DNA of 64,000 nt from Candidatus Obscuribacterales bacterium (GCA_965228855.1 CBDDIJ010000005.1:672001-736000); one strand, 5' to 3'; counted from the stretch's first letter, positions 40,202 through 49,985 are shown. A program made the numbers and translations. Notes: generated by a model from the sequence alone, not told the origin.

Positions 40202-40803
40202 TCATCGGTCGGATCATCAGGGATGCAATACTGCAGAGTGTCACGCCAGCCCACGCGCTTCGATAGTTTTTCCTTAACGGCTTTGCGGATTTCATCGAGG
40301 GAAAGCTCCTTGGCTAGAGCTTTCCACATATACCGGCGCCCCTTAGTTCGAAACCCATAATCCATACCGTGCTCTTTAAGTACAGCAAGAGCTTCCTCGC
40401 GCCAGAGAAGCTGACATATGTGAAACGGTTGGATATTGTAGTTTTGCCTGGATGGCCAAATTTCGTTGAGGAACACCTCGCCTTCGCGGCGACTGATACT
40501 GACCAGCCCCCACCACTTCGGGATCATGTCAACAGCCTGCGCGACGTACTTCTCCGCGCAGACGAGTGTCATTTTGTCGAAGATCTTGCTGTAAGTTTCC
40601 TGCTGAGCGGGCAGCCGCAACAGATTATCCGAAGGACTCTTAATCTCGAAGCCATGCAGCTTATCGTTGAGAACGGCAAGATCGACACGAAAACTTCCTT
40701 CGATCAATCCAAGCTCATCCACAATCAAGCTGTCCGGACTGGTCCGGAACATCTCATTCTTCAGGTAGTTATGCAGAGCTAAGCGGACGTCGAGTTCTTT
40801 CAT
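40165..40803 (-). CDS. sce7726-family protein (PD-(D/E)xK nuclease-like)
   Basis: IVDELGL..RVDLAVLNDKLHGFEIKSPSDNLLRLPAQQETYSKIFD..IPKWWGL..QLLWREEAL..KRVGWR; 37-bp tail overlap with the nucleotidase. Confidence 0.75.
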   Translation of the reverse strand: MKELDVRLALHNYLKNEMFRTSPDSLIVDELGLIEGSFRVDLAVLNDKLHGFEIKSPSDNLLRLPAQQETYSKIFDKMTLVCAEKYVAQAVDMIPKWWGLVSISRREGEVFLNEIWPSRQNYNIQPFHICQLLWREEALAVLKEHGMDYGFRTKGRRYMWKALAKELSLDEIRKAVKEKLSKRVGWRDTLQYCIPDDPTDDYFIEIGAAMTV

Positions 40804-41023
40804 GCCATAGTGCTACGGATGGTGCCTGATCATTATAGACGCTATCAGCCATAGTGGTCGCCGGAGATTCTGAACGGAATCGCCGCCGCTTTTGGATATA
40901 AGCATTCGGAAAGACTTTTTTATCGGAATGGGTGGGTGATAGAAAATTTTCCATTTTTCCCCCCTGCTGCTCAAACCCGCTGATAGTTCTCAGAGGACTT
41001 TAACGATTTTGGTATTAGAGAAT

Positions 41024-41168
41024 GAGCAGTCTAGGGAAATTTCTCTGATTTTCCCCCGACTGCCTTTCACTGGGCTGAGTACACCGGGAAATTTTTCTAA
41101 ATTCCCCCCGACTGCTCGGACTTGCCCGAGTACACCGGGAAACTTTTCTAAATTTCCCCCGACTGCTC
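41024..41168. repeat. Three tandem 51-52 bp imperfect palindromic repeats (plus a degenerate copy at about 40930-40972)
   Basis: Units GAGCAGTCTAGGGAAATTTCTCTGATTTTCCCCCGACTGC, GAGTACACCGGGAAATTTTTCTAAATTCCCCCCGACTGCTC and GAGTACACCGGGAAACTTTTCTAAATTTCCCCCGACTGCTC; GACTGC starts at 41058, 41110, 41161. Confidence 0.9.
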
Positions 41169-41300
41169 CGGCAGACCAAAACGGAACCCTCAAAGCAGTC
41201 CTCAGCTCCGCCTCAAATTTCATCTTCTAAATTGAACTTTTTCCATCCAAATTACGTTTATTAAAGTAGGACCACTTCGGAAAGGGAGGTGAACACGTGT

Positions 41301-42284
41301 GTGGATATGAACGCACTCAGCACTGCGGAGCTCATCCGCAGACACATTGAAAAGCACCCTGTAGACCAGATTCTTACTACGAGGGAGATCGTCCACTATG
41401 GAACCAGAAGGGCTGTCGATAACGTAATCGCATGGTGTATTAAAAGGAACGTTCTCAAGCGAGTCGCCAGAGGATGCTTTGTTCGAAGTGAGCGCAAGCA
41501 ACCAGTTACCGAGTTAGAGATTGCGCAAAAAAAAGCCACGTCGTTTGGAAGGCAAATCATCAAATTCGGCGGAGATTGCGCTCGAGAGCTAGGTATCTTG
41601 GACAAGCCCTCGACGGGTTTCGTGTTCGCCACCAATGGGCGTAGCAGTTCTTTTATGTTCAACGGCAACCGTATTTTCTTCGTCGGTGTAAGTCAACGTA
41701 AATTTGCTCTCGGCGATTCAAAAACGGGACAAGTCATTCGAGCACTCTGTCACCTTGGAGAACTAGCCGTAAACGCAAGAATCGTCGGCTGTGCCACCCA
41801 GAACTTAACCGACAAACAAAGGCACGAAATCGCATCGCGCTGCAGCTCTATGCCAGCGTGGCTGGCCGATTACTTCTTCCCCTGGAATCTCTTGCAGTTC
41901 GTTGACAAACGAATGCAGGTGAATGAGGCTCCGGCACCGTACCTGGTGACAAAACAAGTCACTTCCCGGAGTTCAACTCCTCCAGGTTTTTCTTGGCTTC
42001 CTCGAAATCAGGATTCAACTCAAGCGCTCTGCGATATTCCGCTTCCGCTTTCGGGAAATCACCGGTTTTCAGATAAGCAACGCCCAGATTGTTATGAGGT
42101 AATGGATTGTCCGGCATCAGTTCAATCGCCTTTTGGTAATGGGCAATTGCTTTCTCAAATTGATTCTCGTGTTGATAGTAAAGCGCGATATTATAATGAG
42201 CATCAGCATTTTGTGGATCAATTGTTAATGCCTTATTGTATTCCTCAAGCGCCTTCGGATAATTTCCCATACCGAAATACGTGA
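41301..42284 (+). CDS. DUF6088-like / AbiEi-type (type IV antitoxin-like) wHTH protein; ORF runs on antisense into the TPR gene
   Basis: LTTREIVHYGTRRAVDNV..LKRVARGCFVR, ARELG, FATNGRSSSF, VIRALCHLG, MPAWLAD; GGAGG SD at 41285; start GTG 41301 or ATG 41307; family-like sequence ends near 41950. Confidence 0.72.
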   Translation: MDMNALSTAELIRRHIEKHPVDQILTTREIVHYGTRRAVDNVIAWCIKRNVLKRVARGCFVRSERKQPVTELEIAQKKATSFGRQIIKFGGDCARELGILDKPSTGFVFATNGRSSSFMFNGNRIFFVGVSQRKFALGDSKTGQVIRALCHLGELAVNARIVGCATQNLTDKQRHEIASRCSSMPAWLADYFFPWNLLQFVDKRMQVNEAPAPYLVTKQVTSRSSTPPGFSWLPRNQDSTQALCDIPLPLSGNHRFSDKQRPDCYEVMDCPASVQSPFGNGQLLSQIDSRVDSKARYYNEHQHFVDQLLMPYCIPQAPSDNFPYRNT

Positions 42285-43080
42285 TACCAAGGCTGGTGTG
42301 AGCTTGCGGATAGCCTAAATTGCGCTGAGCCTCCGCATAGGTCGGATCGAGTTTAAGCGCTGCCTGAAACTCCTTCACGGAGTCGGTGAAGTTATTGTCC
42401 GCCGCATATGCTACTCCGAGATTGTTATGTGCTGCAGCCAGGCTCGGATCGCATTGAATGGCTAGTTTGTATTCCTCGATCGCTTTTGAAAGGTTATGCT
42501 TTTCATGGTAGACACGCCCTAAACTGAAGTGGGCGTGAGCGTTTTTTCCGTTCAATTTGACAGCTTTAGAATAGCCTTGAACAGCCAGCTCTTTCTTACC
42601 AAGACGTTCATACGTTACGGCACGATTGTATTCGTATTCTGAATCATTTGGACTCTGTTTGATCGCCTCCTCAAAGAAGGGAAGAGCGTCCAGATACTTT
42701 TTCTGATCGAACAGGGACACGCCGTAATTGAACTTATACTCGGCATTCTTAGGATCGATTGCGCACGCGGCTTTGAAGAAAGTAGCTGCCATTTGAACAT
42801 TCTTCCACTTTAGATAAATCTTGCCGAGCAAGTTCTGAATGCGCGCATCTGACTGATCTACTGCCACCACTTGCTTCAAGATAGATTCAGCTGCGTTCAA
42901 ATCACCAGCCGAATAAGCAGCCAGAGCCTGGTCGTAGGCCGCATTGGTCTGCGCCGAAGCAACAAGCCTTCCAGAAGAAAACTCAAGGGCTTCAGCCGGA
43001 TAGGACAGCGCCCCAACAGTCATCCAACCAATCAGAACAAGAGAGAGTCTTATCCGAAAAACTTTTCTAGGATGCGTCAC
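41959..43080 (-). CDS. Secreted tetratricopeptide repeat protein
   Basis: Signal peptide; about 9 TPR units (AHNNLGVAY, AHYNIALYY, ALELNPDF). Confidence 0.88.
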   Translation of the reverse strand: MTHPRKVFRIRLSLVLIGWMTVGALSYPAEALEFSSGRLVASAQTNAAYDQALAAYSAGDLNAAESILKQVVAVDQSDARIQNLLGKIYLKWKNVQMAATFFKAACAIDPKNAEYKFNYGVSLFDQKKYLDALPFFEEAIKQSPNDSEYEYNRAVTYERLGKKELAVQGYSKAVKLNGKNAHAHFSLGRVYHEKHNLSKAIEEYKLAIQCDPSLAAAHNNLGVAYAADNNFTDSVKEFQAALKLDPTYAEAQRNLGYPQAHTSLGITYFGMGNYPKALEEYNKALTIDPQNADAHYNIALYYQHENQFEKAIAHYQKAIELMPDNPLPHNNLGVAYLKTGDFPKAEAEYRRALELNPDFEEAKKNLEELNSGK

Positions 43081-43247
43081 AAAATAAACTCCAGGATGCC
43101 CGCGATAATTCGTGAGTTCTATTGAATTATTGAAACACGAAATTCAGGGCTGAAACTATTTTAGTTCGAAAATCTCACACGCTGGACTCTGTTGAGCAGC
43201 GGAAACCCGATTTTTCAAATTCGGCTAAAATAGACACCTGACTATGA

Positions 43248-45008
43248 GTGATAAAAATGAATACCTCGTCAAAGCACCAAACGAATTTCTGCCTGTTCAT
43301 CCTCGCCTGCTCTATCGCAATATCTATAAATCCGGTCCATGCAAAGAAAGACAAGCTCACCCTGGACCCGGTCCCGGTTGCAAAAAAGGCAAAACCAGAA
43401 TCGCCGGAATGCGCAGCATGCTACAAGGATGCCACAAGACTGTTTGCGACCGGAAAGTCAACCGACGCCTATAAATTACTGAAAGCAAACCAGGTCAATT
43501 GCAAGGACTCAGCAAAATTCAATTTGCTATTATCCACAGTTCTTTTGCGCATGCCGACGCACGAGAAAGAGGCAGCACAAGCCGCGGCAACGGCGGTCGA
43601 ATTAGATCCAACCTCGATTGCGGCGCATTTCCAACTGGGAGTATCGCTTGCTGCAAGCGGTGACTCAGCCAATGCGGCCACAGCCTACGAGAAGTTGGTG
43701 AAACTTGATCCGGCGAACTACGAAGCCTGGTCTGCACTCAGCACACTGTACGCGGAACTGCACGACTCAGCCAAAGCAAAAACAGCTTCAGCAAAGGCAG
43801 CTGCATTGGAGCCCGAATCGCGAATTGCAAAAATTCGTACCGCACAAAATCTGTTTAAACAGGGTAAGTCAGCAGCCGCTTCAGCCGAGCTAGACAGGCT
43901 AATCAACGACGATCAAATGGAGCCGGAATTTTTAATAGGACTGGCAAAAGATGCACTCGATATGCAAGCCTATAGCGAATCTATAAAAGCAGCGGATCGC
44001 GCTCTCGCCACCTATCCGAAACTAACTGAGTTGCTGAAGACAAAATCGACCGCTCAGCTCTGGCGACGCGAGTACAGCGCCGGTTTAGAAACGATTTCGA
44101 AACTTGATCCATCCGCCAGAGGCGATCAGGACGCCATTGCAATTCGCGCACTGCATCTCATCAATCTCGGAAAAACTAAAGATGCACAGCCTCTGGTTTC
44201 AAAACTCCCAACAAAGACCACAGACGCTCCGTTAGCCGGTCTTGCTCGGGCGTACATGGCAGAACGAGAAGGAGACGTTTCTCAAGCAACAAAACAACTT
44301 GAGAGCGCCCTTCGACATAACCAGGTTTTTGCGCCACCACATATAGAGCTAGCCCGCCTGGCTCTCCGACAGGGGAGGGCCGAAGATGTCCTTGCCGAAG
44401 CACGAGAAGTACAGCGTTCCAAAGCATATGTCGCAAGCGGTAAGGCCTTTGAATCAAGATTGGCATTAGAGGGTGCAACCGCGCGCGAGAAAGTTGCCGA
44501 GGCTCTCAACCTTGCAAAAGAAGCCGTCAAATTGAACGGGGAAGATCCGGAGGCACTAACGGCTCTGTGCCTGGCAAATTTGAAAGGGGGCAAGGTGGAA
44601 GAAGCTCAAAAGTCTATACAGAAAGCGATTGAAGTCGAACCGGGCAATATCGACGTACAATTGGCTGCAATTAAGATCATGTCCGGTGAGGGAAAAACAG
44701 ACAAAAGTCTCGAAGCACTCCAAGCCCTCCAAGAAATCGCACCTGGCGACAGCGAAGTGCTTTCCGCTCTGGCTGAAACCTATTCTTCCAAAGGCGACTC
44801 CTCATCAGCAATCAAGCTGCTACGTCCGTATCTGGAAAACGGAAAACCAGAGCCCACCCTGGTCTTCGCCCTCGCTCGAGTTTACGAAAATGCTGGACGC
44901 GGCAAAGAGGCGAGTAAGTATTTCCAGCAGAGCCTCTCAGAAGGATTACAGGGTCAGCGAGCGCTACTGGCTCGTGAAGCCCTTAAGAGCCTCGGCAACG
45001 CCGAATAG
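43248..45008 (+). CDS. Secreted tetratricopeptide repeat protein
   Basis: Signal peptide ending PVHA; multiple TPRs (ELDPTSIAAHFQLG, KLDPANYEAWSAL, EVEPGNIDV). Confidence 0.85.
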   Translation: MIKMNTSSKHQTNFCLFILACSIAISINPVHAKKDKLTLDPVPVAKKAKPESPECAACYKDATRLFATGKSTDAYKLLKANQVNCKDSAKFNLLLSTVLLRMPTHEKEAAQAAATAVELDPTSIAAHFQLGVSLAASGDSANAATAYEKLVKLDPANYEAWSALSTLYAELHDSAKAKTASAKAAALEPESRIAKIRTAQNLFKQGKSAAASAELDRLINDDQMEPEFLIGLAKDALDMQAYSESIKAADRALATYPKLTELLKTKSTAQLWRREYSAGLETISKLDPSARGDQDAIAIRALHLINLGKTKDAQPLVSKLPTKTTDAPLAGLARAYMAEREGDVSQATKQLESALRHNQVFAPPHIELARLALRQGRAEDVLAEAREVQRSKAYVASGKAFESRLALEGATAREKVAEALNLAKEAVKLNGEDPEALTALCLANLKGGKVEEAQKSIQKAIEVEPGNIDVQLAAIKIMSGEGKTDKSLEALQALQEIAPGDSEVLSALAETYSSKGDSSSAIKLLRPYLENGKPEPTLVFALARVYENAGRGKEASKYFQQSLSEGLQGQRALLAREALKSLGNAE

Positions 45009-45105
45009 ACGCAAATGGTAACGAGCCAGCCCGATATACACACCGGGCGCCCGGTCGGGTGGGATACAATACAAAAGTCCGGCGTTTAAAAGGCGACATA
45101 CCTCA

Positions 45106-46704
45106 ATGGTGTCAACAAAAGCGGCAACAGTTCAATCGATCAATCCGGCGACCAAAGAATTGCTCGGCGAAATTCCAATCATGGGTCAGCCCCAGGTGGA
45201 AGAAGCCGTAAAACGCGCCTGGATTGCCTTTGAAGACTGGCAACTGCTTGATTATAATCAACGCGCCAAACACATTTTAAAACTGCGTCGAGTGATTTCG
45301 AAAAATGCCGATTCCCTCGCGGAGATGATAAGCAAAGAAGTAGGGAAGCCGCTTTCTGAGAGCTATGCGACCGAGTTGAACGGTCCCCTTGATACATGCG
45401 TTTGGCTCTCGGACAACGCGGACCGTTTGTTGAAAGATCAAATGGTGATGCTCACCAACCCTCTACTATCCACGAAGCAGAACGTAATCGCGTTTGAGCC
45501 TTTAGGAGTGGTAGGCATTATCGCTCCCTGGAACTTTCCATTCTCAATTCCGATGATGACCATCGCGATGGCGCTCATGGTGGGCAATACCGTCGTTTTA
45601 AAACCATCCGAGAAGTCCAGCCTGATTGGCATTCGCATCGGCGAACTTTTCGATGAAGCAGGTTTTCCCAAAGGCGTGGTTCAAATTGTCACAGGCGACA
45701 GAAGCACTGGTAAGTATCTGAGCGAAAGCCGACTTTCCAAGCTCATTTTCACAGGCAGCTACGAAGGCGGACGCAAAGTGATGGAACAGGCTTCCGCGAA
45801 CGTGACGCCTGTCAGTCTAGAACTCGGCGGAAAGGACGCGGCCATAATTCTGCCGGATGCTCCTGTGGAGTGGACCGCGAAAGCGATTGCCTGGGGCGCG
45901 TTTACAAACGCAGGACAAGCTTGCGCATCAATTGAACGCGTCTACATTCTCAAAGGGAAACACACGGAGAAAATGATCGACGCGATTGTCGCCGAGACAC
46001 AAAAGCTGAAAGTCGGTCCATATACCGATTCGGCAACTGACATCGGTCCTGTGATCGATGCATCACAACTCGACAAGATCGTCACTCAGGTAGAACAGGC
46101 AAGGGAAGCCGGTGCCAAAATTTTGACAGGCGGTCGAAAACCTGATGGATTGTCAGGTTTCTTCTTCGAGCCCACAGTGCTTACGAACGTGAATCACTCC
46201 ATGGCGGTGATGAGGGAAGAAACTTTTGGTCCGGTTCTTCCGATTATGGTGATTGAAAACGAAGATGAGGCGGTCGATCTCGCAAATGACAGCGAGTTCG
46301 GATTATGCGCGTCTGTTTGGGGAAAGAATTTGCGTCGTGCGGAAAATATCGCGCGAGACCTGCAAGTGGGAACAGTCACGATCAACGACTGCTTATTTAC
46401 TCATGCTGCGCCGCAATTGCCCTGGGGCGGACTGAAGAAGAGTGGCTTCGGAAGGTCTCACTCACAATTCGGCTTGCTCGATCTCGTCAATATCAAACAC
46501 ATAAATATCGACGCACCCGGAACTTCAAAGCTCTGGTGGTACCCATACGGAAACAACAGAATGAGAACTCTGCGCGGAGGTATTCAACTTTTCCACGGGT
46601 CGCTGTCCAGCAAGGTCGCAGGCTTCTTCGAATTTCTTGCAAATATGTTCAAAAATCCGAAGACCGGCAGCCCCCTTCAGCCCAAATCGCGTGGCGATGA
46701 ATAG
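45106..46704 (+). CDS. Aldehyde dehydrogenase family protein (SSADH-like)
   Basis: IAPWNFP, LKPSE, FTGS, LELGGKDA, NAGQACASIER (catalytic Cys), EETFGPV, PWGGLKKSGFGR. Confidence 0.93.
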   Translation: MVSTKAATVQSINPATKELLGEIPIMGQPQVEEAVKRAWIAFEDWQLLDYNQRAKHILKLRRVISKNADSLAEMISKEVGKPLSESYATELNGPLDTCVWLSDNADRLLKDQMVMLTNPLLSTKQNVIAFEPLGVVGIIAPWNFPFSIPMMTIAMALMVGNTVVLKPSEKSSLIGIRIGELFDEAGFPKGVVQIVTGDRSTGKYLSESRLSKLIFTGSYEGGRKVMEQASANVTPVSLELGGKDAAIILPDAPVEWTAKAIAWGAFTNAGQACASIERVYILKGKHTEKMIDAIVAETQKLKVGPYTDSATDIGPVIDASQLDKIVTQVEQAREAGAKILTGGRKPDGLSGFFFEPTVLTNVNHSMAVMREETFGPVLPIMVIENEDEAVDLANDSEFGLCASVWGKNLRRAENIARDLQVGTVTINDCLFTHAAPQLPWGGLKKSGFGRSHSQFGLLDLVNIKHINIDAPGTSKLWWYPYGNNRMRTLRGGIQLFHGSLSSKVAGFFEFLANMFKNPKTGSPLQPKSRGDE

Positions 46705-46734
46705 CGTCCGCACAAGGCTTTTGCGATAAAAGAC

Positions 46735-47934
46735 TTACTTCGAAGCGCCGGCAGTCAGACTTTTCTGTGGCGGGTTGGATGGTGAGAAAACGCTCTTCAT
46801 CACCTCAACTGCTTTATCGCATTCCGCTTGAGTGTTATAACGACCAAGCGAGATTCGCACAGAGCCTTTGGTTTGCGAACACGGAAGACAGAGCGCGCTT
46901 AAAACATGAGAGGGTTCAATCACCCCGCTATGACACGCCGATGCACTCGATGTACAAATTCCTTTCATATCGAGTTGCATAACGAGAGCCTCTCCTTCAG
47001 CATTCTCGACAGCAATACTCACGTGACCCGGCAATCTGCGATCGAGATCGACGGGACCCGTAAGATGGACACCGTCTAAGGCGCCCAATTGATCCATGAT
47101 GAAGCGCTGCATCTTTTTCAAATGCGATGTGCACTCATCGAAGTCGGCTTTCGCCAACTCCGCAGCTTTGCCGAGAGCCACAACATTAGCCAATCCTTCT
47201 GTACCTGGCAACAAAGCTTTTTCTTGTCCGCCGCCAAAAGTAATCGGCATGATGTTGACGCCTTTACGCAGAAACAAAGCGCCGATGCCCTTGGGTGCGT
47301 GAAATTTGTGACCGGAAATTGAAATCGACGATAGTCCCGGAATTTTGCCTACTTCAATGAGAATTTTCGCAGAAGCCTGAACAGCATCAGAATGAAAGAA
47401 AATTTCGGTTCCATGTTTTGTCGATTCTTCGGTAATTACTTCTGCAAGTTGCGAAATCGGCTGTACGGTGCCGATTTCGTTATTGGCCCACATGATGCTC
47501 ACGATGCTGGTCTCTTTCGTGATAGCTTTACGCAAGACTTCGGGATCGACAAAGCCCTCACTATCCACCGGAAGAAAAGTCACTTTCCATCCTTCGCCCT
47601 CGAGCAACTTGCATGGTCCCATCACTGATGGATGCTCGATTTGAGTTGTGATTATGTGTTTGCCGAGATCGTTGGCTTTGACGAAACGCGCGCGTCCAAG
47701 AATTGCGGCGTTGTTGCTCATCGTCCCGCAGGCGCTAAAATAAACTTCAACAGGTGAGCACCCAAGCAGCGCTGCGACTTGCTTTCGAGCGGTAGCCACA
47801 GCTTTGTGAGACGCTCTGCCAACAGAGTGAATCGACGACGGATTACCGAACTGCTCCATCAAATAAGGCATCATCGCGTCGACGACTTCCTGACGCACCT
47901 TAGTGGTGGCACTGTTGTCAAAGTAAATGGTCAT
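46735..47934 (-). CDS. iscS: Cysteine desulfurase (IscS/NifS group I)
   Basis: MTIYFDNSATT, FGNPSSIH, EHPSV, NNEIGTVQP, HSDAVQ, SGHKFHAPKGIG, SASACHS; real start ATG 47934. Confidence 0.92.
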   Translation of the reverse strand: MTIYFDNSATTKVRQEVVDAMMPYLMEQFGNPSSIHSVGRASHKAVATARKQVAALLGCSPVEVYFSACGTMSNNAAILGRARFVKANDLGKHIITTQIEHPSVMGPCKLLEGEGWKVTFLPVDSEGFVDPEVLRKAITKETSIVSIMWANNEIGTVQPISQLAEVITEESTKHGTEIFFHSDAVQASAKILIEVGKIPGLSSISISGHKFHAPKGIGALFLRKGVNIMPITFGGGQEKALLPGTEGLANVVALGKAAELAKADFDECTSHLKKMQRFIMDQLGALDGVHLTGPVDLDRRLPGHVSIAVENAEGEALVMQLDMKGICTSSASACHSGVIEPSHVLSALCLPCSQTKGSVRISLGRYNTQAECDKAVEVMKSVFSPSNPPQKSLTAGASK

Positions 47935-48158
47935 GACCTTTTCCACGTACTCCTGCGAGCAAATAGTTTGGGTGCCGAGCACCTCTATTGAATGCAATAA
48001 ACACCGAAATGGTAGCATGCTCTTCTTATTGAAAGGCTTTCAGAAGATGCAACTAATCGAGCACTATATTGACATCACGATCATATCACGCAAAACCAGC
48101 CAACCATGCCGTTTCCGGGCTGGCAGCCCTGCTCTCAAAAATCAGATGGTGAGGTAAG

Positions 48159-49154
48159 GTGCTTCTCAGAATTGTTCTGCTTCTGGCAGTTGCCTTCGTA
48201 TCTCTGATGTTGAATTTGTGCATCGGCGACATTAGCGTCGAGCCGGCGGCCGCTCTGACGGCTATCTTCAAGCCGGAGGATATGCCCGATACCAGCGCTT
48301 TCCAGCTCGAAATCATCCGGCAGATTCGTCTGCCGCGCGTTCTCATCGCAATGGTCGTCGGCACGGCTTTGAGCGTCGCTGGTTATCTCTTGCAAAGCCT
48401 GTCCCGAAATCATCTTGCCGATCCGTATCTGACCGGCGTGTCGAGCGGCGCTGGAGTGGTCGTTGCAATAGCCGTGGCATCGAATTGCAGTTATGAACTG
48501 GTTCCCCTGATCGCTTTTTCTGGTGGACTGGTGGCAGCAGTTATTGTGGGCGGCTTAGCAAGAAGTTCTCGAGGACTGTCAGTTACTCGGCTCTTGCTGG
48601 GCGGCGTCGGACTATCTACGATTTGCAGCGGCATCATCACTCTGGTTGTCACTCTCGGCGGCGATCCGGTTCGCGCGCAGAGCATTTACTTCTGGTTAGC
48701 AGGTGGCATCAGCGGTCGCACCTGGACAGAATTCTGGCCGGCATTAGGCTATTCAACAGCGGGTCTTCTAGCCGCTTTTGTTCTGTCGAAACAAATACGC
48801 CTCCTGTCTGTGGGTTCGGAACAGGCCAAAGGTCTTGGTGTCAATGTAGATTATGTTCAATGGGGAATCTTGTTTATTGCCGTTCTACTTACCGGAACAG
48901 CTGTTTCAGTAAGCGGCATAGTCGGCTTTGTCGGACTGGTAGCGCCTCACATTGCCCGGAACGTTTTTGGGCGAGATGAGCGCGTTCACATCTTCGCCTC
49001 CGCCGTCACAGGAATGATACTGGTAATGCTCAGCGACCTTCTGGCAAGAACCCTGGTCGAAGGGCAAGAACTGCCACTCTCAACCCTCTTATCACTTGTC
49101 GGTGGACCATTTTTCCTCTTCCTTATCTCCAGACAAAAATCGGAGAGTCTCTAG
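48159..49154 (+). CDS. Iron-chelate/cobalamin ABC transporter permease (FecCD/BtuC family)
   Basis: IRLPRVL, RNHLADPYLTGVSSGA, AKGLGV, GIVGFVGLVAPH, ELPL..GGPFFL. Confidence 0.92.
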   Translation: MLLRIVLLLAVAFVSLMLNLCIGDISVEPAAALTAIFKPEDMPDTSAFQLEIIRQIRLPRVLIAMVVGTALSVAGYLLQSLSRNHLADPYLTGVSSGAGVVVAIAVASNCSYELVPLIAFSGGLVAAVIVGGLARSSRGLSVTRLLLGGVGLSTICSGIITLVVTLGGDPVRAQSIYFWLAGGISGRTWTEFWPALGYSTAGLLAAFVLSKQIRLLSVGSEQAKGLGVNVDYVQWGILFIAVLLTGTAVSVSGIVGFVGLVAPHIARNVFGRDERVHIFASAVTGMILVMLSDLLARTLVEGQELPLSTLLSLVGGPFFLFLISRQKSESL

Positions 49155-49964
49155 ATGACTGACGGCGGAATGACACTTGAAATCAATGCACTGAGTGCGG
49201 GCTACGACAAAAACAGCCCGGTCGTGGTCGATATGAATCTGGTCGTGCCTCGCAATAAGGTCGTGGTTCTCGCCGGACCGAACGGCTGCGGAAAGTCCAC
49301 TATCATCAAGGTTATTGCTCGACAGTTGAAACCGCTGTCCGGCAACGCGACCCTTGCCGGAAAAGACATCTATTCGATGAACGCAGATGAATTTGCCAAA
49401 ACAGTCGCCTACGTGCCGCAATCCATCGACTTCTCCAATCAACTGACTGTGGAGGAACTCGTTCGCCTGGGTCGCAACCCGCACCAGCGGTGGTGGTCAT
49501 GGAGCGAAAGCGCGACAGACAGAGAGGCCACTCAAAACGCTCTCAGCAAGGCGGGTTTAGAGCCGCTAGCCCAGAGACCTTTCGCTAACCTCTCGGGTGG
49601 CGAGCAAAAGCGCGCGCTGATCGCGACTGCTCTTGCGCAAGAACCGACCTTCATTCTTATGGACGAACCCATAGCCCACCTTGATTTCAAACATCAGCTC
49701 GGATTGCTCTCGCTTATCTCCGAATTGAAAGAGCGCTCTATAGGCGTCCTGCTCGTCCTGCATGACTTGAATATGATCGATCGCGTCGCCGATGAAATTG
49801 CGTTTTTAAAACCGGAACCCGGCACCCCTAGCCTGCTGTTCGCTAAGGGCGCGCGAGAAGACGTCCTCACGCCAGAAAACATAACCCAGATTTTTGACGT
49901 AAAAGTAGAAGTCTTCCCCGATCGTTCGAAACAGGGAAGACATTTTACGATTGAGTCTATCTAA
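49155..49964 (+). CDS. Iron-chelate/cobalamin ABC transporter ATP-binding protein (FepC/BtuD family)
   Basis: GPNGCGKST, LSGGEQKR, MDEPIAHLD, LHDLN. Confidence 0.92.
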   Translation: MTDGGMTLEINALSAGYDKNSPVVVDMNLVVPRNKVVVLAGPNGCGKSTIIKVIARQLKPLSGNATLAGKDIYSMNADEFAKTVAYVPQSIDFSNQLTVEELVRLGRNPHQRWWSWSESATDREATQNALSKAGLEPLAQRPFANLSGGEQKRALIATALAQEPTFILMDEPIAHLDFKHQLGLLSLISELKERSIGVLLVLHDLNMIDRVADEIAFLKPEPGTPSLLFAKGAREDVLTPENITQIFDVKVEVFPDRSKQGRHFTIESI

Positions 49965-49985
49965 CCGGGTGCGATTCCAGAGAGC

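Noticed and set aside
41024..41168. CRISPR array
   Set aside because: Only three units, linkers of about 10 nt, non-identical repeats and no cas genes in the window
40990..41230. Small ORFs with repeated peptides (GGNLEKFPGVL / STPGNFSKFPPTA)
   Set aside because: Translation artefacts of the 51-bp DNA repeat
45042..45055. Perfect 14-bp palindrome ACCGGGCGCCCGGT before the aldehyde dehydrogenase gene
   Set aside because: Single GC-rich occurrence without supporting context
47935..48158. Cobalamin riboswitch upstream of the BtuC/FecCD-like permease
   Set aside because: Conserved B12-box elements were not found
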